From positions 384,001-448,000 of the forward strand of contig CAVZLN010000003.1 of assembly GCA_963776245.1 (NCBI GenBank): 64,000 nt of DNA, in the 5' to 3' direction. Shown in pieces: positions 20,849-30,428 of this stretch (its first letter is position 1; each line of letters opens with the position of its first letter). The stretch is from Candidatus Eiseniibacteriota bacterium. Lineage in GTDB: Bacteria; Eisenbacteria; RBG-16-71-46. The position numbers were made by a program, and so were the translations under genes. The notes beneath the pieces are model-generated. The model was given only the letters and a program-made list of their open reading frames with translations. It did not search any database and was not told the origin of the DNA.

Positions 20849-21289
20849 GGGACGGTCCCTCGGGTCGTGGGTCGGCGGATACGGGAGGTTGGACGTACCA
20901 CGCGCGCGATAAGTTGCAGGCGGTTCCATCGCCCCGGGTCGTGCCCCCCGGAGGATGCCGCCGCGGCGCTCCGGAGTGCGGCGCTCGCCGCTCCGTCGCG
21001 CCGCACCGGAGGTCCACGGGGCCCGCGGATCCCGGTCGGTTGGACCGCCGGGCCCGGTCATGGACGGGGCCACCATGCCCCGCGCCAGCGGGGACCGCCA
21101 GCGTGGGACGACCGGCGGCGCGCTTCGGCTCACCAGCGGCGGGGAAGCGTCGGCGAGCGCGATGCCGACGCCCCGGAGCGGCGGGACGGTCCGGCCGGAG
21201 CGTGGAAGGGGAAGATGACCCCGTCGACCTCCCGCCCGGTCCCGACCGGACGAGGGGACCGGGCCGGTCTCACGGTCGGTGAGTGGGGT

Positions 21290-22207
21290 TCACCGATCGC
21301 CGCGCGCCAGCGCGGCCGCCAGTCCCGCGGCCGCCCGCGCGTTGTTCGAGAGCAGCGCGCGGTTCGAGGTCACGCTCGCGCCACCGGTGAGTTCGCTCAG
21401 GCGCCCGAGCAGGAACGGCGTGACCGCGCGCCCGCGCACTCCGCGCTGCGCGGCGTCGGCGAGCGCCGCAGCGAGCGCCTGCTCGTACACCGCGAGCGCC
21501 AGCTCGCCCTCGACCGGCACCGGATTCGCGACCACCACCCCGGTGGTGAAGCCCAGCGACCAGTGCGCGCGCACCGCGTCGGCGAGCGCCGACACCGTGT
21601 CGAAGCCGCGGTCGAGAGGCGCCCCGCCATCGCGGCGGTAGAACGCCGGGAAGCGCTCGGTGCCGAGCCCGTACACCGGCACGCCCAGCGTCTCCAGCAT
21701 CTCGACCGTGCGCGGCAGATCGAGGATGGCCTTCGCGCCCGCGCACACGACGGCCACGCGATGGCGCGCGAGCGCGGTGAGATCCGCCGACACGTCGCCG
21801 CTCTCGGACACGTCGCGGTGGACCCCGCCGATGCCCCCGGTGGCGAACACGCGGATCCCCGCCTCGGCGGCCACGAAGATGCTGGCCGCGACCGTGGTCG
21901 AGCCGGCCCCGCTGCGCATCAGCTCGGCGGCGAAGTTGCTGAGATTGAGCTTCGGCACGTCCCGGAGGGTGGCGAGGCGTTCGAGCTCGGCGGCGGACAT
22001 CCCGACGCGCACCCGCCCCTCGAGCACGCCGATGGTGGCGGGCAGCGCGCCGTGCGCGATCACCTCGCGCTCGAGCGCCGCGGCCACGCGGAGCCCCTCG
22101 GGGTGGGGCAGTCCGTGCGTGACCAGCGTGGTCTCGAGGGCGACCACCGGCCGGTTCGCGGCCAGCGCGCGCGCCACCTCGGGTGCGACGACGAAGCGGT
22201 CGTTCAT
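21290..22207 (-). CDS. psuG: pseudouridine-5'-phosphate glycosidase
   Basis: PVVALETTLVTHGLP, TTVA, FATGGIGGVHR, DVSADL, VCAGAKAILD, G.AVTPFLL, N.ALL.NNA. Confidence 0.93.
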   Translation of the reverse strand: MNDRFVVAPEVARALAANRPVVALETTLVTHGLPHPEGLRVAAALEREVIAHGALPATIGVLEGRVRVGMSAAELERLATLRDVPKLNLSNFAAELMRSGAGSTTVAASIFVAAEAGIRVFATGGIGGVHRDVSESGDVSADLTALARHRVAVVCAGAKAILDLPRTVEMLETLGVPVYGLGTERFPAFYRRDGGAPLDRGFDTVSALADAVRAHWSLGFTTGVVVANPVPVEGELALAVYEQALAAALADAAQRGVRGRAVTPFLLGRLSELTGGASVTSNRALLSNNARAAAGLAAALARGDR

Positions 22208-23115
22208 GCGGTCCTCGGTGACGGCGCGCGACCCAGGCGGCGCGCGGCCTCGTGGGGGGTGGCCGCGAGGAGCCCGGCCGGGCCCCAATCCTCGAGCGCG
22301 AACGAGGTGCTCGCCACCGCGCGCGCCAGCGCGTCATCGAGCGTCTCGCCCGCCAGCAACCCGGCGAGCAGGCCGGCCGCGAAGCAGTCGCCCGCGCCGG
22401 TGGGATCCACCACCGGACCGTCGCCCGCCGCCCATCGCAGCCCGCGGTCGGCGCGCACGTCGTAGAGCACGCCACCGCGCGCGCCGCGCTTGAACGCGAC
22501 CAGGCGCAGCCGGCCGCCGGCGAGCCGACGCAGCGCCGCGCGCGGATCGGCCGCCGCCTCGGGCAGGCGCATCTCGTCCTCGCCGACGAACAACACGTCG
22601 ACCTGCGCGAGCACCTCGCGCCACGCGGGCAGCGTGTCGTCGCTCACCGGCTCGTGCGGGTCGAGCGCCAGGAGCGCGCCCGCCCGGCGCGCCAGCCGCT
22701 CGACCAGCGGGCGCTGCGTCTCGAGCGGCATGGGCGCCAGGTGGAACGCGCGGGCATCGAGGTACGCGGCCGGCAGATCGCCGGGGCCGGGCGACACCTC
22801 GGCGTGGGTCGGACTCCCGAGCCGGTGCACCACGCGGCGGATCGCGCCCTCGTAGAGCAGCCAGGTGCGCAGGCCTTCGCGGTCCAACGGGCGCACCCCC
22901 GTGAGGTCCACGCCGCGGGTGGCGAGCGCGGCGAGCGCCGCCCGCGGGTAGTCGGTCCCGCGCACGCTCGCGACCCCGACCGCGAGCCCCCAGAGCGTGG
23001 CGGCGAGCGAGGCGTAGAGCGTGGCCCCTCCCGGCTCGCCCATGCGCGTGCGGCCGTCGTCGAGCACCACGTCATCGACCAGCAGATTGCCGAGGACCAC
23101 CAGGTCGAGGCTCAT
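22204..23115 (-). CDS. PfkB-family carbohydrate/nucleoside kinase (candidate pseudouridine kinase)
   Basis: PGGATLYA, KRGARG, VVDPTGAGDCFAAG signature; overlaps psuG start. Confidence 0.88.
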   Translation of the reverse strand: MSLDLVVLGNLLVDDVVLDDGRTRMGEPGGATLYASLAATLWGLAVGVASVRGTDYPRAALAALATRGVDLTGVRPLDREGLRTWLLYEGAIRRVVHRLGSPTHAEVSPGPGDLPAAYLDARAFHLAPMPLETQRPLVERLARRAGALLALDPHEPVSDDTLPAWREVLAQVDVLFVGEDEMRLPEAAADPRAALRRLAGGRLRLVAFKRGARGGVLYDVRADRGLRWAAGDGPVVDPTGAGDCFAAGLLAGLLAGETLDDALARAVASTSFALEDWGPAGLLAATPHEAARRLGRAPSPRTA

Positions 23116-23936
23116 CGCGCGGACGGCAGCTCCGCGAAGGCCCGCGCCATCGCGCGCGCGCGCTGCGGGTCGAGCGCGTTCGACCACACGCCGCCCTCCT
23201 TCACCCACGACCCGACGATGAATCCGTCGGCGTCGACGAAGCGCGCGAGATTGTCCGCGGTGAGCCCCGAGCCCACGAGCACCGGGAGGGACACCGCCGC
23301 CCGCACCGCGTTCACGTCGTCCAGGCCGGTGGCGCGACCGGTGGCGGTGCCGGTGACGACCACGCCGTCGGCGAGGAAGAACTCCGCCGCGCGCGCGGTC
23401 TCGGCGAGATCCACGTCGGCGGTCAGCGCGTGCGAGGCGTGCTTCTTCTTGATGTCGGCGAACACGCGCACGCCCCCGGCGCCGATCGCCCTGCGATAGC
23501 GCAGCAGATCGCCCGCGTCGGCGGCGATCGGTCCTTCATCGGCCACGTGCGCGAACACGAACCCCTCGACGCGCACGAACGAGGCGCCGCAGGCCAGCGC
23601 CACCGCCAGCGCCTCGCGGTTGGCGCCCGCCAGCACCTGCACCCCGAGCGGCAGCGCCGCCTCGCGCCGCACCTCTTGCCCGACCACGCTCATCGCCGCG
23701 ACCACCTCGGGCCCCGCCGCACGATTGAGGTACGGCCGGTCGTGCATGTTCTCGATCAGGATCGCGGTGAACCCCGCGGCGCGGTAGACCCGCGCCTCGT
23801 CCACGGCCCGTGCGACGACGGTCTCGAGGGTCTCGGACGCCGCCGGGGTGCCCGGCAGCGCGCCGACGTGGATCATGCCGATGAGCGCGCGCGGCGCGGC
23901 GAAGAGCTCGCGCATCAGGGTGGGGCGGTCGGACAT
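23112..23936 (-). CDS. BtpA/SgcQ family protein
   Basis: IGMIHV.ALPGTP, IENMHDRPY, FADIKKKH, ADGVVVTG.ATG, VLVGSG, DGFIVGS. Confidence 0.92.
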   Translation of the reverse strand: MSDRPTLMRELFAAPRALIGMIHVGALPGTPAASETLETVVARAVDEARVYRAAGFTAILIENMHDRPYLNRAAGPEVVAAMSVVGQEVRREAALPLGVQVLAGANREALAVALACGASFVRVEGFVFAHVADEGPIAADAGDLLRYRRAIGAGGVRVFADIKKKHASHALTADVDLAETARAAEFFLADGVVVTGTATGRATGLDDVNAVRAAVSLPVLVGSGLTADNLARFVDADGFIVGSWVKEGGVWSNALDPQRARAMARAFAELPSAR

Positions 23937-24023
23937 GACGGGGCTCCGGAAGGGAAGAGGCGGATCGCGGCCGGACTCTAGCGCAGAGCCCGGGCGGGCG
24001 CACGAGGGCGCCCCGCCTTCGAG

Positions 24024-25856
24024 CTAGGCCGCGTCGCGCGCCCGCTCGCTCTGCCGCATCGGCACCTCGAGGATGAAGGTGCTGCCGCCGCCCGGATGGC
24101 TCTCCGCGCACAGCCGGCCGCCGTGCGCCTCGGCGATCGCCGTCGCGATCGGCAGCCCGAGTCCGAGCCCGGGCACGTCGAACTCGAGACCGGTGGAGGA
24201 CCGGTGCTTGAGCGGATCGCCCGGGGTGAAGCCGTCGGTGAGCACGGCATCGAGCCGGCCCGCCTCGATGCCGATGCCGGTGTCCTGCACCTCGATCCGC
24301 AGCATGCTGTCGCGCCCGCGGGCCCGCACGTCGACACGACCGCCGTCGGGGGTGAATCGGATGCCGTTCGTCACCAGCTGCAGGATCGCCTGCTCGATGC
24401 TCTCGGCGTCCACCTCGACCGGTTCGTCGAACGGCTCGCAGTGGGTCTCGACCCGGACGGCCCGGCCGGAGCCCGCCGCCACCGCGGCCCCGACCGCGTT
24501 GCGCACCAGGGCCGGCACGTCGCGCGGCTGGAGTTCCAGCACCAGCCGTTCGCCCTTCACGCGCGCGAAGCGCGCCGCGTCTTCGGCCAGCCGCGTGAGC
24601 CGCGCGAGATGCGAGCGCATGGTGTCGAGGGCGTGCTTCTGCGCGGGGCTCACCGGCCCCAGTCCACCGCCCACGAACAGGTCGTGATAGCCGATCAGCA
24701 CGCTGATGGGCGTGCGCAGCTCGTGCGCGGCCACGCTCAGGAAGCGGCTCTTGAGCCGCGTCCCCTGCTCGAGGCTTCCAAGGTAGGCGCGCTCCCGGCG
24801 CCGCATCTCGCCGAAGCGGGTCGCCAGATATCCGAGCTCGTCGTTTCCGCTCGCCCCGAGCGGGTGTTCGTAGTTGCCCTTTTCCATCTCCTGCGCGCCG
24901 CGCACCAGGCGCTGCACCGGGCCGAGGATCTGCCCGCTGAACACCAGTCCGGTGATCAGCGCCGCCGCGAGCGCGAGGGCCACCAGCACCAGCAGGTCGC
25001 GGCGCATGTGGCTCAGGAACGACGTCTCGGGATCGAACGAGCGCTGCATCACGTAGTACTGGCGCGCCCCGGGGTCGGAGCCCGGGATGCGCCGCGCGAC
25101 CGTCAGGTAGTCGGCGCCCGGCGCGCGCACCCGCTCCACCGCGGGCCGTCCGCGCCCGGGCTCCGCCGTCAGGTCCACGCGCTCGAGCGCCCGCACCAGC
25201 GCGGTCCGGTCGCCCGGGGCCTGGAGCGTGCTGCCGGTGAAGGTGGTGCCGGAGAAGAATGTCACCTCGCAGCGCATCTGCGATTTCAGTTCGCGCGCCA
25301 GGCTCGGTCCGATCTCCCGGCCGAGCAGCAGCACTCCGACGATCCGCCCGTCGGAGACCACCGGGGTGAGCGCGACCTGGAAGTGCGCGCGCGACTCGAT
25401 CAGGATGCCCTCGACCCGCGAACCGCGGAGCGCCCGGCGCACGAAGGGCGCGCGTGCGCTGGGCGTCGAGGACGCGCCGCCGACCGAGGCCAGGACGCGC
25501 CCGCGACGGTCCAGCACCTCGAACAGGTCGGTCTGGGCGATCTGATTGAAGTCCCGCGCCATGTCGCGCATGGTGGCGACGAACCGGCTGTCGCGCTGCG
25601 AGATCCCGAGCATCAGGAACGAGAAGAAGCGCGGGTCCCGTGCGATCACGCGCCCGCCGCCCGCCAGCTCGCGCGAGCGCGTCTCGAGCACGCTCTCGAA
25701 CACCGACGCCGAGCGCTCGAGGCTCTCGTGGATGCTCGACGAGTCCACGTGCGTGGTGACGTTGCGGCTCACGACCGCGAGTGTCGCCACGGCCAGGATC
25801 GCCGGAGTGAACACCGCGAGCAGCATGATCTTCCACCGCAGGCTGATCCGCATCAT
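24024..25856 (-). CDS. membrane sensor histidine kinase (periplasmic sensor, HAMP, HisKA, HATPase)
   Basis: Two TM helices, HAMP DELG.LA..F..M, HELRTP, NGIRFT, DTGIGI, GLGLGL. Confidence 0.92.
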   Translation of the reverse strand: MMRISLRWKIMLLAVFTPAILAVATLAVVSRNVTTHVDSSSIHESLERSASVFESVLETRSRELAGGGRVIARDPRFFSFLMLGISQRDSRFVATMRDMARDFNQIAQTDLFEVLDRRGRVLASVGGASSTPSARAPFVRRALRGSRVEGILIESRAHFQVALTPVVSDGRIVGVLLLGREIGPSLARELKSQMRCEVTFFSGTTFTGSTLQAPGDRTALVRALERVDLTAEPGRGRPAVERVRAPGADYLTVARRIPGSDPGARQYYVMQRSFDPETSFLSHMRRDLLVLVALALAAALITGLVFSGQILGPVQRLVRGAQEMEKGNYEHPLGASGNDELGYLATRFGEMRRRERAYLGSLEQGTRLKSRFLSVAAHELRTPISVLIGYHDLFVGGGLGPVSPAQKHALDTMRSHLARLTRLAEDAARFARVKGERLVLELQPRDVPALVRNAVGAAVAAGSGRAVRVETHCEPFDEPVEVDAESIEQAILQLVTNGIRFTPDGGRVDVRARGRDSMLRIEVQDTGIGIEAGRLDAVLTDGFTPGDPLKHRSSTGLEFDVPGLGLGLPIATAIAEAHGGRLCAESHPGGGSTFILEVPMRQSERARDAA

Positions 25857-26518
25857 CACTTCACCAGGTCGAGCTGGACATCGCCGCGCTTCGGCACCTC
25901 GGCGGTGCGCGCGAACTCGCCCAACCCGGGATGGAAGACGTTCACCGTATACGAGCCCGGCGGCAGCTTCGGCAGGCGATAGTGTCCGAGCGAGTCCGGG
26001 CGCGTGAAGACGTGGTTGGGAGTGACCACCACGTAGCCCTGCTCGTCCGGATGGATGTCGCAGTGCAGGTTCACGACCCCGGGGCGCGCGAATCCGATCG
26101 TGTCGCTCGCGCCGGGGGCGTTCTTGCCGAGGTCGAAACGCATCGCCGGGGACACGCTGAAGACGTTGTGGTAGACCCGGTCCAGGTTGAGGAACGCGAC
26201 GCGGGTGCCCGCCGCGACCACGGCGACGCGCGGATCGAAGCGGGCGCGCTGGACCACCTTCTGCACGCGCACCCGCGGCGAGCCGTGGAAGAACCAGAGT
26301 CGACGCGGGCGGGCGAGATCGCGCTCGACCTGCTCGGGCACGCGCTCGACGTAGATGACCGCATCGGTCACCCCGCGCTGCCGCCCCGCCTCCGGGGCGC
26401 GCGCCGGTCGCTGCGCCCGCGGGCCCATCCAGAGCGTGCCCTGGATGACGCCGGCGGCGGCCCCGCTGGCCACCAGCGCCGTGACGATGACCGTCCCTGC
26501 CACCGCCTTGAACCGCAT
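25856..26518 (-). CDS. exported cupredoxin-like / carboxypeptidase-regulatory-like protein
   Basis: Signal peptide; F.PRVAVV.AG..V.F.N.D.VYHNVFS, FDLG, CDIHP, G.YRLP.LPPG.YTV..FHP. Confidence 0.78.
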   Translation of the reverse strand: MRFKAVAGTVIVTALVASGAAAGVIQGTLWMGPRAQRPARAPEAGRQRGVTDAVIYVERVPEQVERDLARPRRLWFFHGSPRVRVQKVVQRARFDPRVAVVAAGTRVAFLNLDRVYHNVFSVSPAMRFDLGKNAPGASDTIGFARPGVVNLHCDIHPDEQGYVVVTPNHVFTRPDSLGHYRLPKLPPGSYTVNVFHPGLGEFARTAEVPKRGDVQLDLVK

Positions 26519-26654
26519 CCATCCTCCGGGGTGTCCGATTCGTGTCGCGTCCGCGCGGCACGGCCTGGGGCCGCGGGTCGGGCTGCCCGGGTTATCGGCC
26601 GCCGCGGGGGCGAGGATTAGCGCGGGTGGCGGGAGGAGGATCCGCGCCCGGGAC

Positions 26655-28463
26655 TCATCTCCACCAGCTGTCCACCTTCGCCACCACCTCGGGCAGGTTC
26701 GCGACCGGCTCCGGATAGCCGGGCTTCCAGGTGGCGTCGAGGCCGAGCGGGCCGCGGCAGGTGAGCCACGCGCCGCGCGTCGTGGTGGAAGCGGGCACGG
26801 TGTCGCGCGCGCAATCGAATCGCGTGAACACCCCCCACAGCAGCGTGGCATCGTCCATGAGATCCACGTCCTCGCTCACCGCGACGATGAGCGGCACCGC
26901 CGCGTACTCGTTCCGGCGCACCAGCGCCTCGATCACCTCGCGCCCGGGCGTGCTCCCCGCGGGTGGCGGATCGTCGGCGTTCCAGCCGGCTCCGTCGCCC
27001 CCGACCGCGCCCTTCACCCGCACCGCGAGCACCCCACCCCACGCGAGCCGCCAGTCCAGCACGCGCTGGTCGAACGCGCGCGGGTCCGCGACCTCCGCCA
27101 GCGGCGCGCGCGGCGCGCGTCCGGGCTTGGCCTGGGCGTCGAGCACCATCTTGCTGCCGAGGTTCATGGTGTACGAGGTGAAGTCGAGGGTGTCGAGCGG
27201 CACGCCGGGCAGCAGCAGGAAATCCTCCGACGCGTCGAAGTGCCGCGCCAGGGCGCCGAACACCGCCTGGCGGTCGCGCGGATCGACGGTGGCATCCACC
27301 AGGATCACGCACTTGGTGAGCGACAGCTGCCCGGTGCCGAGCAGGCCGAGCGCGGTCTTGCGGGCCTCGCGCGCGAAGCGGTTCTCGACCGAGACCACCA
27401 GCAGATTGTGGAAACCGGCCTCGAAGTAGGCCCACAGGTCCGCGACCTCGGGGTGGATGACCTTGAGGACCCCGGTGAACATCTCCTGCACCGCCTCGCC
27501 CATCCACAGATCCTCCTGCGGGGGCTTGCCGACGATGCTGGCCTGGAACACCGGCCGTTCGCGGTGGGTCACCGACCGCACGTGGAACACCGGGAAGTCC
27601 GCGGCATGGGAGTAGTGGCCGAAATGATCGCCGAACGGGCCTTCGAGCCGGCGCTCGCCGGCCGGCACGAGGCCCTCGATCACGAACTCGGCGTCGGCAG
27701 GCACCCACATCGCGAGCGAACGCGCCCGGGCGATCCGGGTCCGGCGCCCGCGCAGGAAGCCGGCGAACGCCAGTTCGTCGATGCCCTCGGGCAGGGGCGC
27801 CACCGCGGCGAGCAGTGTGGCGGGATCGGCGCCGACGGCGACCGCGACCTCGAGGGCGACGCCGCGCTTCTCGGCCTGGTGGAAGTGGAAGCCGCCCCCC
27901 TTGCCGATCTGCCAGTGCATTCCGGTGGTCGCGGCGTCGTACACGTGCATGCGGTAGATGCCGAGGTTGCGCCGCCGGGTGCCGGGGTCTTCCGTGAACA
28001 CCAGCGGGAAGGTGATGAAGCGCCCGCCGTCCCTCGGCCACAGTCGCAGGATGGGCAGCGCCGACAGATCGGCGCCGAGCGCGTGGGCCTGCGCCGGTCC
28101 GCTGGCGAGTCGCTCGGGCCGGCCCGCCAGCACGCGCGCGGCCGAGCCGCGCAATGCCCAGAGGTCGGCGAGCGACCCGCGCGGCAGGTGGTGGAAGAGC
28201 TCCTCGATCTCGGCTCCCACCTCGCGTGGGGTGCGGCCGATCGCCCACTCGATGCGCCGCGTCGCCGCCAGGACGTTCACCGCGAGCGGGAAGCGGGCGC
28301 CGCGCACGTTCTCGAACAGGAGCGCCGGGCCCTCGCGCTTCGCCTCGCGGCAGGCGATCTCGGTGACCTCGTGCGCCCAGTCCACCTCGCGCGTGACGCG
28401 CGTGAGGTCGCCGCGGCGCTCGAGGTCGGTGAGGAAGTCCGACAGCGAACGGAAGCCCTTCAT
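26655..28463 (-). CDS. ubiD: UbiD-family decarboxylase (MqnL-like, menaquinone pathway)
   Basis: GPALLFENV, WPRDGGRFIT, RNLGIYR, EGPFGDHFGHY, GKPPQED, DTLDFT, GSKMVLDA. Confidence 0.92.
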   Translation of the reverse strand: MKGFRSLSDFLTDLERRGDLTRVTREVDWAHEVTEIACREAKREGPALLFENVRGARFPLAVNVLAATRRIEWAIGRTPREVGAEIEELFHHLPRGSLADLWALRGSAARVLAGRPERLASGPAQAHALGADLSALPILRLWPRDGGRFITFPLVFTEDPGTRRRNLGIYRMHVYDAATTGMHWQIGKGGGFHFHQAEKRGVALEVAVAVGADPATLLAAVAPLPEGIDELAFAGFLRGRRTRIARARSLAMWVPADAEFVIEGLVPAGERRLEGPFGDHFGHYSHAADFPVFHVRSVTHRERPVFQASIVGKPPQEDLWMGEAVQEMFTGVLKVIHPEVADLWAYFEAGFHNLLVVSVENRFAREARKTALGLLGTGQLSLTKCVILVDATVDPRDRQAVFGALARHFDASEDFLLLPGVPLDTLDFTSYTMNLGSKMVLDAQAKPGRAPRAPLAEVADPRAFDQRVLDWRLAWGGVLAVRVKGAVGGDGAGWNADDPPPAGSTPGREVIEALVRRNEYAAVPLIVAVSEDVDLMDDATLLWGVFTRFDCARDTVPASTTTRGAWLTCRGPLGLDATWKPGYPEPVANLPEVVAKVDSWWR

Positions 28464-28861
28464 CTCCTTCCGCCGATCTCGCGATAGAGATACCACCCGT
28501 CCCCGAGGTCGCGATGCCAGCGCACCACCCGCCCCGCCCGGCGCGGCGGCGACACCACCGCGTCGAGGTCCTCCACCGGGTCGGCGAGCGGACGGGACGA
28601 ATGCGCGTAGCCCTTCACGTCGGCGAAGCGCGCCCGCGGGAACCACGCCGAGCGCGGGATGTACACCAGGGACTCCCCGCGCGCCTGCGCGAGCGCCTGC
28701 TCGAGCTCGCCGCGATGCGCCTGGAAGTGCGCGATCAGCGCCGCGTCGCTGGGGTTGCGCAGCCAGCGGCGGCCCGCGACCTCGAGTCCGGCGGTGAGCG
28801 CCACCCCGGCGACCACCGCGAGCACCGCGCCCAGCACGAGATGCGAACGCCAATCGCTCAC
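28460..28861 (-). CDS. hypothetical membrane-anchored protein
   Basis: GTG start overlapping ubiX stop, stop overlapping ubiD start; N-terminal TM helix; ends DLGDGWYLYRE. Confidence 0.6.
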   Translation of the reverse strand: MSDWRSHLVLGAVLAVVAGVALTAGLEVAGRRWLRNPSDAALIAHFQAHRGELEQALAQARGESLVYIPRSAWFPRARFADVKGYAHSSRPLADPVEDLDAVVSPPRRAGRVVRWHRDLGDGWYLYREIGGRR

Positions 28862-29412
28862 TCGAGCGCCTCCTCGCGCCAGCCCGCGCCGGCGTCCTCG
28901 CCCAGCACCGCGAGCACCTTGGCGGTGAAGCCCCCGACGAGCGCGTCGAGGTCCTTCGGGTTGCGGTACCACGGCGGCGAGATCGGCATGATGACCACGC
29001 CTTCGCGCGACAGGCGCGCCATGTTCTCGAGCGCGATGGTCGAGAGCGGGGTCTCTCTCACGCACAGCACCAGCCGCATGCGCTCCTTGAGCGCGACCGC
29101 GGCGGCGCGCGTGATCAGGGTGTCGGCGATCCCGGCCGCGATCCGGGCGAGCGTGGAGACGCTGCACGGGGAGACGACGTAGGCGTCGTAGCGGTTGGAG
29201 CCCGACGAGAACGGCGCGGCGAGGTCGGTGTCGGCGAACACCTTCCTGACGTGCGGCGCGAGATCGCCGGGCTTCAGCCCCAGTTCGGCGGCCATCACCT
29301 GACGCGCCCAGTCCGACATCACCAGGAACTTCTCGCCCGGCAGGCGCTTCACCAGGTCCACCCCGTAGATGCTGCCCGAAGCGCCGGTCATGCCGATGAG
29401 GTAACGCGCCAT
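28858..29412 (-). CDS. ubiX: flavin prenyltransferase
   Basis: IGMTGASGSIYG, APFSSGS, PCSVSTL, LITRAA.VALKER..LVLCVRETPL. Confidence 0.93.
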   Translation of the reverse strand: MARYLIGMTGASGSIYGVDLVKRLPGEKFLVMSDWARQVMAAELGLKPGDLAPHVRKVFADTDLAAPFSSGSNRYDAYVVSPCSVSTLARIAAGIADTLITRAAAVALKERMRLVLCVRETPLSTIALENMARLSREGVVIMPISPPWYRNPKDLDALVGGFTAKVLAVLGEDAGAGWREEALE

Positions 29413-29414
29413 CC

Positions 29415-30323
29415 TCAGAACCCCCCGGTGACCCAGCGGGCCACCATCACCATCACGAACACCGCCCCGCTCACCCACGCGTTGATCTTGAAGAACGCCA
29501 GGTTCACGTCCTCCGCCCAGTGCTGCTCGAGCTCGAGCATCGCCACGATGGCGAGCCACACCGCCAGCACCGCGAGGAAGCCGCGCACCGTGAGCCCGCC
29601 TGCCGCCGGCGACAGCAGCGCGAGCGCCGCGCCGCCGAGCGCGAGCGCGCCGAGCCGGTGCAGGAACGCCGACACCTCGAGTGCGCGGGCGCGGCCGAGC
29701 CACACCACCGCGGAGTGCACGGCGTGCGCGCGGTCGAACTCCTCGTCGAGCGTGCCATAGATGATGTCGAATCCGGTACCCCAGCAGAGCGCGAAGAGGG
29801 CCAGTCCGATCGCCGGCGCCGGGTGCGCGAGATCCGGATGCGCGACCGCCCAGCCGGCGAGCGCCGACAGCGACATCGCCGCGCCCACGCCGGCGTGGCA
29901 GAACGGGGTGAAACGCTTGAGCCAGGGATAGATCGCGAACACCGCGAGCGGGATGGCCGCGACCCTCACGTAGAGCGGCCCGAGCGCCACGCACGCCGCA
30001 AGGTAGGTGGCCAGGCTCGCCGCCAGCAGCACCCAGCCCTCGGCCACCGCCATCCGGCCGGACGGCAGCTCGCGCACCCGGGTGCGCGGGTTGAGCGCAT
30101 CGATGTGCCGGTCGATGAGCCGGTTCATCGCCATCGCCGCGGTGCGCGCACCGACCGCGGCGACCACGGTGAGCGCCCAGCGCGCGCCGGACATCGCGTC
30201 GCCCGGCTGGCTGAAGATGCCGGCGAGGATGAGCGGCAGCGAGAACAGCGTGTGTTCGAGACGCACGAACGAAGCGTACGTGCGCAGACGTTCGACGGGG
30301 CGGGTGGCGGTGGCGGTCGGCAT
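29415..30323 (-). CDS. mqnP: UbiA-like prenyltransferase (MqnP-type)
   Basis: EHTLFSLP, ARTAAMAMNRLIDRHIDALNPRT..RELPSG, YPWLKRFT, GFDIIY...D.EFD; clustered with ubiX/ubiD. Confidence 0.85.
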   Translation of the reverse strand: MPTATATRPVERLRTYASFVRLEHTLFSLPLILAGIFSQPGDAMSGARWALTVVAAVGARTAAMAMNRLIDRHIDALNPRTRVRELPSGRMAVAEGWVLLAASLATYLAACVALGPLYVRVAAIPLAVFAIYPWLKRFTPFCHAGVGAAMSLSALAGWAVAHPDLAHPAPAIGLALFALCWGTGFDIIYGTLDEEFDRAHAVHSAVVWLGRARALEVSAFLHRLGALALGGAALALLSPAAGGLTVRGFLAVLAVWLAIVAMLELEQHWAEDVNLAFFKINAWVSGAVFVMVMVARWVTGGF

Positions 30324-30428
30324 GCGGGGTGTCCGGCGCACGCCCTGCGCGCGCGGCGGGTGGCTCAGACTAGGGGGTCGCGGCCCGCGCGTCGAGTGCG
30401 CCGCGGCGGGCGCCGGCGCGGCGCCCCG

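Noticed and set aside
20849..21289. Structured intergenic region as ncRNA or N-terminal extension of the DUF5916-type gene
   Set aside because: Stems are expected at this GC and no motif was recognised; the signal peptide places the start at 20848.
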